A stretch of 64,000 bases of DNA, from positions 17,895 to 81,894 of the forward strand of contig JBJKVQ010000018.1 of assembly GCA_045562575.1 (NCBI GenBank), given 5' to 3'. Numbering within the stretch: the stretch's first letter is position 1; each line of letters begins with the position of its first letter. Origin of the DNA: Dehalococcoidia bacterium. Its GTDB lineage: Bacteria; Chloroflexota; Dehalococcoidia; Lucifugimonadales; UBA6952. Below, one piece after another: positions 28,836 to 36,853 of the stretch. The notes beneath the pieces are model-generated. The model saw only the letters and a program-made list of their open reading frames with translations. It was not told the DNA's origin and ran no database searches. The position numbers and the translations under genes were made by a program.

Positions 28836-30425
28836 TTATTCTGTTCCCCATCCACCGCCACCTGGCGTATCTATCCGAATTGAGTCTCCTGATGATACAT
28901 CAAAAGTAGATTTTGGTGGTAATAATATCTCTTCTCCGTTATTTTTAATTAATGTATTTTCTCCAGAATGACCAGGACCTCCTCCAGCTAAAGGATAAGG
29001 GTTAGTATTTCTCCGTTCGGATAATATTGTTGCCTGGGCTGGGCCTAAGAATTCAATTTCTTTTGTTATGCCATCTCCTCCAGTAAATTTTCCATTACCT
29101 CCAGAGTTTTTTCGTATTGAATACCTTTTTATTCGTATAGGGAATTGAAACTCCATTGATTCAATAGGAGTGTTTAATGTATTTGTCATATGGGTTTGTA
29201 TTGCATGTAACCCATCTTTTGTAGGCCTTGCCCCCATACCTCCAGCAATAGTTTCATAATAAACATAGGATTCTTTTGTTTCGGGATGAATTCCTCCAAA
29301 TAATAAATTGTTCATTGTCCCTTGGCTTGCTGCAGGTATTTTATCAGGTAATGCCTTAGATAAAGCTCCGAATAAAACATCAACAATTCTTTGAGAAGTT
29401 TCGACGTTACCACCTGCAACACCATGAGGAGGAGATGGATTTAATAAATTATCTTTAGGAATAATAATTGAAATTGGCCTAGAACAGCCTTCATTTGAAG
29501 GAATGTTTTCCTGGCCAGCAAGGCAATTAAATACATATAATGTAGCGGAGCGTGCCACCGCATATGGAGTGTTTACACATCCATATCTTTGATCTGAGGT
29601 TCCTGTGAAATCTACAGTTACTAAGTCATTATTAACAGTTATGCTGACACTTATAGGAATTTTATCACTGCTTATTCCATCGTCATCCATAAAATCAGTA
29701 TAAGTATAATTACCATTTGGAATACCAGAAATAGTTTTTTTCATTAGGACTTCAGAGTAATTCATTAATGCATCCATATGTTCGATGACTTCGTGTATTC
29801 CATATTTGGAAATTACATCTTTCATTCGTTTTTCGCCTGTTCGTATAGATGCAATTTGTGCTGAAAGATCTCCTCTTCTTTCTCCGGGAGTTCGAGAGTT
29901 ACGACAAATAAGTTGAAAAACATCTTCATTTAAATTACCTTGAGAGTAGAGTTTGATTGGAGGAATAATTAACCCCTCTTGATGAACATCTGTGGATAAA
30001 GGTAGGGATCCTGGTGTCATGCCACCAATGTCGGCATGATGACCTCTATTAGCAATAAAACCTTCAAGTGTATTGTTAATGTATATTGGTGAAACTAAAG
30101 TTATATCAGGTAGATGTGTTCCCCCAAGATATGGATCATTAAGTATAATTATATCTCCATCAAAGCAATGCTGATTCTTTATGGCCTGCTCGATTGAAGA
30201 AGACATAGAACCTAAATGAACAGGAATATGAGCTGCTTGAGCGATCATCTGTCCATGTTTATCAAATACTGCACAGGAGTAATCTAATCGTTCTTTAATA
30301 TTTGGAGAATAGGCTGTTCTTCCTAAAGTTACACCCATTTCTTCAGCTATGGATATAAATAGGTTTTTAAATATTTGTAAGCTAATACTATTTACCAAAT
30401 TATTAAACCCATTCTCTTTGAACAT
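28836..30425 (-). CDS. Hydantoinase B/oxoprolinase family protein (HyuB-like)
   Basis: 529 aa with DPYLGGTHLPDITLVSP and other Hydantoinase_B-type blocks. No HyuA-type partner is adjacent. Confidence 0.85.
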   Translation of the reverse strand: MFKENGFNNLVNSISLQIFKNLFISIAEEMGVTLGRTAYSPNIKERLDYSCAVFDKHGQMIAQAAHIPVHLGSMSSSIEQAIKNQHCFDGDIIILNDPYLGGTHLPDITLVSPIYINNTLEGFIANRGHHADIGGMTPGSLPLSTDVHQEGLIIPPIKLYSQGNLNEDVFQLICRNSRTPGERRGDLSAQIASIRTGEKRMKDVISKYGIHEVIEHMDALMNYSEVLMKKTISGIPNGNYTYTDFMDDDGISSDKIPISVSITVNNDLVTVDFTGTSDQRYGCVNTPYAVARSATLYVFNCLAGQENIPSNEGCSRPISIIIPKDNLLNPSPPHGVAGGNVETSQRIVDVLFGALSKALPDKIPAASQGTMNNLLFGGIHPETKESYVYYETIAGGMGARPTKDGLHAIQTHMTNTLNTPIESMEFQFPIRIKRYSIRKNSGGNGKFTGGDGITKEIEFLGPAQATILSERRNTNPYPLAGGGPGHSGENTLIKNNGEEILLPPKSTFDVSSGDSIRIDTPGGGGWGTE

Positions 30426-30750
30426 CTATAGTAGGGAATATTGCAATAAACACTGCATTTTTCGTACTTATATTTTCTAAACCATGTGGCACACCATCAG
30501 GTGCAATTATAATATCGCCAGCCTCGACCATTTCGCTTTCGTTTCCCATTAATGACTTAAACGTACCCTCTAATATAATCATGCATTCTTCATGTCCAGG
30601 ATGTATATGAACATTGACTGCATTTCCTGGGGGTACAGTTATTTCACTAACGGTAAGATTAGTTGAACCTAATTCATCTCTAGCAAGTGCTCTAATGATA
30701 TTGCCTGAAGAATCATCGTTTGCAATATCCGCCTTTTTTATTATTGGCAT
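30403..30750 (-). CDS. Cupin domain protein
   Basis: 115 aa with the cupin motifs HIHPGHEECMIILEG and APDGVPHGLEN. Confidence 0.8.
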   Translation of the reverse strand: MPIIKKADIANDDSSGNIIRALARDELGSTNLTVSEITVPPGNAVNVHIHPGHEECMIILEGTFKSLMGNESEMVEAGDIIIAPDGVPHGLENISTKNAVFIAIFPTIDVQREWV

Positions 30751-30773
30751 AATAATACCTCCAGTAGTTTCTC

Positions 30774-31490
30774 TTAATTTTTACTACCTATAAGTAAAGA
30801 AACAAGACCTAATCCAAACTTTTTTATAGTTATATCTTTAATACCTTTTGATTCCATCATAATTTTTATTTCGTTACTGTCATAGAATTTAGTAACAGAA
30901 TTTGGTAAATAAGTATATGCTTCTTTATCTCTGGCAAATATAGTTCCTAGTATAGGAATTACTCTATTGAAATACCAAAGGGCTAATCTTTGTAATATAT
31001 TTGGAGCACGATTAGGTAGCATGTCTAGGATAACTATTGTTCCTGACGGTTTTAGAATTCGCGACATTTCTTTTATTGCCGTCTCGGCACTTTCATAATT
31101 TCTCATAGCAAAACCTGTTGTTACGCAATCAAAGGAATTATTTTTGAAAGGTAATTCCAAAGCATCTCCTAAGACGAATGTTAATTTTTGACTATTAGAT
31201 GTGCTAGATTTACTTTTTGCTATTTGTAACATAGGTTTAACGAAATCTAGCCCAACAATAGTTTCCATGGTGTTAATTTTAGAAAGAGAGAAAGAGAAAT
31301 CACCAGTACCACATGCAACGTCTAGTGAAGAAATATAGTTCTTTTTCTCCATTTTCTTAATGGCATATTTTCTCCATTGATAATGCATTCCAAGGCTAAT
31401 TACTGTGTTCAATAAGTCATATTTTCTGGCAATTCGAGAAAACATGTTTGATACAAAATGAGCTTTTTGGTTTTTTTCAAATTCATTCAT
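30774..31490 (-). CDS. ubiE: Demethylmenaquinone/ubiquinone C-methyltransferase (UbiE/MenG family)
   Basis: VSNMFSRIARKYDLLNTVISLGMHYQWRK and the SAM motif LDVACGTGD. Confidence 0.9.
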   Translation of the reverse strand: MNEFEKNQKAHFVSNMFSRIARKYDLLNTVISLGMHYQWRKYAIKKMEKKNYISSLDVACGTGDFSFSLSKINTMETIVGLDFVKPMLQIAKSKSSTSNSQKLTFVLGDALELPFKNNSFDCVTTGFAMRNYESAETAIKEMSRILKPSGTIVILDMLPNRAPNILQRLALWYFNRVIPILGTIFARDKEAYTYLPNSVTKFYDSNEIKIMMESKGIKDITIKKFGLGLVSLLIGSKN

Positions 31491-31497
31491 TTATAGA

Positions 31498-32124
31498 CTA
31501 TTTTTCATCATATATATCAGGGAGAATTTCTTCAGGAGAATACATAAATTTCGAGTCATAGCTAGTTACACCACCTGAAACTATCAGTATTTTTTCAACA
31601 AAGTAATCGATAATTTCATCTACACTATTTGGTTTTAAGTAAAATGCTGGCATTGGAGGAATAATTTTCACGCCTAAGTTTGCCAACTTCGTCATATTTT
31701 CTAAATGTATAGCAGACAATGGAGTTTCTCTAGGAACAATGATGAGATTTCTATTTTCTTTTATTGTTACATCAGCTGCGCGATGCAAGAGATTAGTTGA
31801 GATTCCATTTGCTATAGATGCTAAAGTGCTCATAGAACATGGTGCAACTATCATTGATCTAATTGGAGTTGATCCACTTGCAATAGTTGCAGTCATATCA
31901 CCACTTCGATAGTATTGAAATTTTGGATGTTCACTCCAAATACTTAAGCTATCTTTAAAGCTTATACCTAATTCTTGATGCCAGACTAGTTTTGCATAAT
32001 TGCTACAAACAGTGATTACAGGGACATCTTCTTGTAATAATCTGTTAATAGTTTTTTCAGCAATTGCAACGCCACTACTACCTGAAATACCAACAATTAT
32101 TGGTTGATTTTGTTGATCATTCAT
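31498..32124 (-). CDS. ubiX: Flavin prenyltransferase UbiX
   Basis: IVGISGSSGVAIA...APCSMSTLASIANG is typical of UbiX/Pad1. Confidence 0.9.
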   Translation of the reverse strand: MNDQQNQPIIVGISGSSGVAIAEKTINRLLQEDVPVITVCSNYAKLVWHQELGISFKDSLSIWSEHPKFQYYRSGDMTATIASGSTPIRSMIVAPCSMSTLASIANGISTNLLHRAADVTIKENRNLIIVPRETPLSAIHLENMTKLANLGVKIIPPMPAFYLKPNSVDEIIDYFVEKILIVSGGVTSYDSKFMYSPEEILPDIYDEK

Positions 32125-32130
32125 AATAAT

Positions 32131-33003
32131 TTATCCATTACTTATTTGGAAAGAAATAATAGTAAATATAAGTAAAATTATTCCTATATACCCATTTACT
32201 TTAAAAAAAGCTACATTCATTCTAGACATATCAGTTGGGGATATAATTGAGTGTTCATATAAAAGAAGCAGAGTTGCTATCCCCCATCCTAAATAGTATA
32301 TCATATGTAGGTTGTTTATGATCCCCGCTATTAGAATCAAAATACTCGTTGAAATATGCATGAATCTTGAAACATTAAAGGCTACGTTAAGACCGAATTT
32401 TTGAGGGATAGAGTTTAAATTATTTGTGCGGTCAAATTCCATATCTTGAGCAGAATAAAATATATCAAATCCTGATACCCAACAAGCTACAGCAGCTCCT
32501 AAAATCAAAGCTTCTAAATCGAAAGTTCCTGTAACTCCGATCCAGCCTCCAATAGGTGCTATACTATCTGTTATCCCTATTGCAAAATGGGAACCCCATG
32601 TGAAACGTTTAAAATAGGAATACGAAAAAACACAAATTGCAGCTAGAGGTGATAATGCTAGAGCTAAAGGGTTTAGCATATATGCCGATAGGAAAAGTAA
32701 TAACAGCCCAGAAAATGCTAGCGTTCCAACTTCAATTTTTTTTAAATCCCCTGTCACTAAAGCTCTATTTTGTGTTCTAGGATTTAATTTATCTTGCTCT
32801 ATATCAATTATTCTATTGCTTGCCATGCCAAGTGTTCTACCTCCGGTAAGAGCTAAAGTTATCCATAATATGACTGATAACTCAGGTAATCCTTTTGAAG
32901 CTATAACACTACCTATAAAAGCAAAAGGAAGTGTGAAAATTGTTTCTTGAAATCGTATCGAATTAGATAATAAACTTATTTTATTTGTAATTTTTGCAAG
33001 CAA
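32131..33003 (-). CDS. ubiA: UbiA-family aromatic prenyltransferase (MqnP/4-hydroxybenzoate polyprenyltransferase-like)
   Basis: 290-aa polytopic protein with NRIIDIEQD and a second Asp-rich motif (YSAQDMEFD). Confidence 0.88.
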   Translation of the reverse strand: MLAKITNKISLLSNSIRFQETIFTLPFAFIGSVIASKGLPELSVILWITLALTGGRTLGMASNRIIDIEQDKLNPRTQNRALVTGDLKKIEVGTLAFSGLLLLFLSAYMLNPLALALSPLAAICVFSYSYFKRFTWGSHFAIGITDSIAPIGGWIGVTGTFDLEALILGAAVACWVSGFDIFYSAQDMEFDRTNNLNSIPQKFGLNVAFNVSRFMHISTSILILIAGIINNLHMIYYLGWGIATLLLLYEHSIISPTDMSRMNVAFFKVNGYIGIILLIFTIISFQISNG

Positions 33004-33007
33004 ATTT

Positions 33008-34465
33008 TTATTCCAATCCGTATTCTTTCCATTTTTTAGTTACTAGATCTTTTACATCTTCTGACATAACTATGTCATTAGGCCATTCTTTTAGACCTGA
33101 TTCACCTTTGATTTTGCGTGTTGCATCAATTCCAAGCTTTCCTCCAAAAGCAAAACTTGTCATTGTATGATCTAGATCATCAGTTGGACCTTTTAACGTA
33201 ATCACATCTCTATCTGGAGCAATGTTATTAGTTACTCTCCACAGTAACTCAGAGCTGTTATTAAGATCTACATCTTCATCTACTACAATGATTATTTTTG
33301 CTAAACTCAATAAGCCTAAACCCCACAACGCATACATCACTTTATATGCTTGACCTGGGTATGATTTTTTTATAGAAACAATAACTAAATTGTGAAATAT
33401 TCCTTCTGCAGGCATATTCATATCACGTATTTCGGGAATTGCCATTTGTATTATTGGTAAAAACAATTTTCCTGTCATACTTCCCATGACATAATCCTCT
33501 TTAGGTGGAATACCAACAACTGTTGAAATATAAGTTGGATTTTTTTTATGTGTAATCGCATTAACATGGAATACTGGATAAGGCTCTTTTCCTGAATAAT
33601 ATCCAGTATGATCTCCAAATGGACCTTCATCGCGCATTTCTTCAGTATCAACATAACCCTCTAATATGATTTCTGATGATGCAGGAACCTCTAGATCATT
33701 AGTAATACATTTAACCATTTTAACATTAGACTCTTTTAAAAACCCAGCAAGCATCATTTCATCAATTTGTGGTGGTAACGGAGCAGAACCAGTCCACATC
33801 GTTGTAGGGTCAGCACCTATTGCAACTGAAACATCAATATAACGTTTCCCAGCCTCTCTAGCTTTTGCCATGTGGCTTTTACCAACTTTATGTGTTTGCC
33901 AGTGCATTCCTGTAGTATTTTTATCATATACCTGCATTCTATACGTTCCCACATTTCTTATGTTTGTAACAGGATCACGTGTAAATACTAGAGGCATAGT
34001 AATAAATGGACCAGCATCTTCTGGCCAACAGGTCATAAGTGGAAATTTATATAAATCGACATCATTATCTTTATAAATTACTTCTTGGCATTCAGCATGC
34101 TTCGTAGACTTTGGAAGAACTACTCGTAATGAGAATAAATTTTTTAAAAGATTTATTTTATCTGCAATTGTTTTTGGGGGATTTTCAACATTAGATAATA
34201 AGACTTTAATTTTATTTATAAGTTCCGTTGGGTTTTCTACTCCAAGACCCCAGCACATTCTTTGCTCTGTACCGAATAAATTAATTAATAAAGGGAAATC
34301 AGATCCAGTGACATTTTCAAATAGCAGTGCTGGACCAGAACTCTTAAATACGCGATCAACAATTTCTGTTATTTCTAGATTTGAATCAACAGTTGTAGTG
34401 ATTCTTTTTAATTCATCACGTTTTTCCAAAAAGTCGATAAATTCATTTAGATTATTAAAATTCAA
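33008..34465 (-). CDS. ubiD: UbiD-family (prenyl-FMN-dependent) decarboxylase
   Basis: 485 aa with UbiD blocks (NVGTYRMQV, EGPFGDHTGYY). Confidence 0.9.
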   Translation of the reverse strand: MNFNNLNEFIDFLEKRDELKRITTTVDSNLEITEIVDRVFKSSGPALLFENVTGSDFPLLINLFGTEQRMCWGLGVENPTELINKIKVLLSNVENPPKTIADKINLLKNLFSLRVVLPKSTKHAECQEVIYKDNDVDLYKFPLMTCWPEDAGPFITMPLVFTRDPVTNIRNVGTYRMQVYDKNTTGMHWQTHKVGKSHMAKAREAGKRYIDVSVAIGADPTTMWTGSAPLPPQIDEMMLAGFLKESNVKMVKCITNDLEVPASSEIILEGYVDTEEMRDEGPFGDHTGYYSGKEPYPVFHVNAITHKKNPTYISTVVGIPPKEDYVMGSMTGKLFLPIIQMAIPEIRDMNMPAEGIFHNLVIVSIKKSYPGQAYKVMYALWGLGLLSLAKIIIVVDEDVDLNNSSELLWRVTNNIAPDRDVITLKGPTDDLDHTMTSFAFGGKLGIDATRKIKGESGLKEWPNDIVMSEDVKDLVTKKWKEYGLE

Positions 34466-34715
34466 TAGAAATTCCTTTACTATTAAACAATATTTTCTTT
34501 TATTTTAATCTCTTAAGCTAAATAGTTCAAAACTAGGGCATAAACTATGTTAGGCACTCAATTAGGTACCAGAGTCGTTATTGCTTAGTATATCTTTATT
34601 ATATCAATAGATGTCCCACACATGCGAGATCCTGTACGCCTGCGTTTTATTATCTATGGAAAGAGTCGCCAAAGTTATATTATCCTGAGTATCTACCCTA
34701 TGATACAATCACAGC

Positions 34716-34862
34716 ATGGAAACACTCTTAACAGCTGGTGGAATATTTATAATATATAAAATTGTTAAAGCCTTAATTATAATTTGGGTTTTTAAAAAAT
34801 ATAGAGTTCAAATTGTAGCATTTTGTAAAAAACATTTTGGTTTTCTTTTCAGCAAAAATTGA
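34716..34862 (+). CDS. Possible small hydrophobic peptide (48 aa)
   Basis: ORF below the track cutoff: METLLTAGGIFIIYKIVKALIIIWVFKKYRVQIVAFCKKHFGFLFSKN. It has one TM-like segment and a basic tail. There is no SD, but TATGAT at 34699-34704 could give a near-leaderless mRNA. Confidence 0.25.
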   Translation: METLLTAGGIFIIYKIVKALIIIWVFKKYRVQIVAFCKKHFGFLFSKN

Positions 34863-35310
34863 CTAGTTATTTTATTGGTGAATTTAAAAATCTAGAAAGT
34901 GTTTCAGAGCCACATCCAAACTTGAAAAACTAGTTTGCCATAGTTTTTTTGTAGGAATCTCACACACGCATCTGTATTACCCTACACAAATTCTCTAAGC
35001 TGTAGCCTTTATATCGACGTTTTCCATAGCTTTACCACTAATCTTGTAATACGACAATGCTCATTCCTGAATAATTGGCGAATCGTCAGGAATTGATCAA
35101 ACGATCCTGATAACTTGTAGGGTTGCTTCATTAATGTCATAAGGTAATTCTTCTAAATATATTCTTTGCATATGCATTTCCTATTGTATTGTAATAATTG
35201 CTTGATAATGTATACTAATCTTATTACATTATAATGTTTAATATAATATAGTAATAACAAAAATAACATAATAATCCTAATATATAATACAATTAAATCA
35301 TATAGTAATA

Positions 35311-36246
35311 ATGAATGATAAGCAGTTTAGGGAAGAACTAAAAATACTTGGGCTCAGAGGGCATGATGAAAATGTTCTTAGGACTATAGTAGATGGCTTA
35401 TCGAGGCAGTTGCCGGTTAGACAAATCTCCCTAGCTGCCAATGTAACTGAAAAGACCATCGCTAAAATGAAACCTAAAGTTTTTGCTATTACAGATTTAT
35501 TAACTAGAAAAGATCGGAATTCTGCTTCTGATCTTAGTGATCAACACTATGTTGATTATGAATCTGACCTTGAGAAACACATGAATATTAATCGCAGAAT
35601 GGGAGGTATTCAGAATTCTCGTTATGACATCTACGGAGAACAAAGACTCCACATACTGGAAGAGTTAGAGCAAAGGGTTACGCAAGAGAAATGGAATGTC
35701 CAATATCTAAAAATGATTGGATTTAAAGAGAACATGGCTATAGCTATGATCTCTGAACATGACAGGATAGAACTATATCGAGACCGGGCTATACAGACAT
35801 TTCAACCTATACCACGAGAAAGGGAATATGAGGAACGTGTAGCAAAAGGTATTTTTACACCTAGTGTTAAACAACAAGAAGCACCTCCGCCTGTAATAAA
35901 ACTTGCTATGTTCACATCATTCAATAGGTATGTCGAATTGTTTTATGACGTCATATTCCAAGAGATAAATCAGATGGCAGATGAAATACCTGGGGCATAT
36001 TCCCGCACAGCAAAACAAATAATTATTAAGGGTTTATATGACGATCCATTAGCCGTAAAAACTGGAGAGGCAATTATTAGGTTTTCTATCTGGCGCAGTC
36101 AGATCTATAAAGACGGATTTATTAATTCCTTGAGACCTTGGAAATCTACAAAGCAACAACTTGATAGATACATTGCATCTATAGACAAGATGATTTCAGC
36201 AAACAAAATGTATCTCGAAAAATTAAATAGTGATGTCTTTTATTAA
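35311..36246 (+). CDS. Orphan hypothetical protein with an HTH-like N-terminal segment
   Basis: 311-aa ORF of clearly higher GC than its neighbours. Residues around LPVRQISLAANVTEKTIAKMK resemble a helix-turn-helix. No family recognised and no SD upstream. Confidence 0.65.
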   Translation: MNDKQFREELKILGLRGHDENVLRTIVDGLSRQLPVRQISLAANVTEKTIAKMKPKVFAITDLLTRKDRNSASDLSDQHYVDYESDLEKHMNINRRMGGIQNSRYDIYGEQRLHILEELEQRVTQEKWNVQYLKMIGFKENMAIAMISEHDRIELYRDRAIQTFQPIPREREYEERVAKGIFTPSVKQQEAPPPVIKLAMFTSFNRYVELFYDVIFQEINQMADEIPGAYSRTAKQIIIKGLYDDPLAVKTGEAIIRFSIWRSQIYKDGFINSLRPWKSTKQQLDRYIASIDKMISANKMYLEKLNSDVFY

Positions 36247-36264
36247 GAAAGGAGAGAATAACTA

Positions 36265-36462
36265 ATGGCAAAAAGAGGCAAGAATGAAGGTTCAGAATTT
36301 AACCCTAAGAACAAAAAGAAACGGATTGAACAAATATCCAATCGTGAGAAAATTCCCTATAAAGAACCTGTAACCCAAAAACAAGCTATTAAAACTTTTA
36401 AGCTAGACTATGACGTTTGGACTGGAGATCCAGTCGAAATACATATTGCTAAGAGAAATTAG
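36265..36462 (+). CDS. Orphan small basic protein (65 aa)
   Basis: Strong RBS AAAGGAGAG 8 nt upstream. It starts 18 nt after the 311-aa ORF and has a Lys/Arg-rich N-terminus. No family recognised. Confidence 0.6.
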   Translation: MAKRGKNEGSEFNPKNKKKRIEQISNREKIPYKEPVTQKQAIKTFKLDYDVWTGDPVEIHIAKRN

Positions 36463-36493
36463 ATTCACCCTTGGAAGACCTAAACCATATGCA

Positions 36494-36526
36494 CTACTTT
36501 AGGCATCCAACCTAAGCCTAAAGTAG
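36494..36526 (+). terminator. Perfect 11-bp hairpin downstream of the 65-aa ORF (terminator-like, no U-tract)
   Basis: CTACTTTAGGC (36494-36504) pairs with GCCTAAAGTAG (36516-36526) around an 11-nt loop. Confidence 0.4.
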
Positions 36527-36853
36527 ATAGACAGAGTATAAGTTTTAGATATAATATCTACCTTATTTGCTGCTGGAGTCTACTAGAATCTTTTAATGAT
36601 GATGGCATGTATCAATACTTATTGATAAAATATTAGGTGATTTTTGTAATTAGGGGTAATAATTATTTTTTTAAATAAAAAAATACAATTCAATTTAAAT
36701 ATTAATTCGAATCAAGTAAATAAATACTCGAAAGCTATTGCTCATTACGAAGATATTACTAATGAGGAAAATTCGCTACCATTTCTTTATTTACTATCAA
36801 TTAGTATTAAAACTATTTTAGATGGTTTTAACTTTCCATCAGGTACGATACAT

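Noticed and set aside
34540-35310. Known housekeeping ncRNAs (tmRNA, RNase P RNA, SRP RNA) as an explanation for the ORF-free, GC-enriched stretch.
   Set aside because: I found none of the diagnostic strings on either strand: a tRNA-like GGTTCGA...CCA end for tmRNA, GAAAGTCC for RNase P, or GGAAGCAGCC-type for SRP. 6S RNA or novel RNAs cannot be excluded by eye.
34466-36660. Flanking direct repeats (att sites), an integrase or a tRNA target for the foreign-looking insert.
   Set aside because: Only trivial shared strings occur near both edges: TATCAATA (about 34603 and 36611) and ATTAGGT (about 34561 and 36632). These are too short to be significant in AT-rich DNA. No recombinase ORF or tRNA is present, so I do not call this a mobile element.
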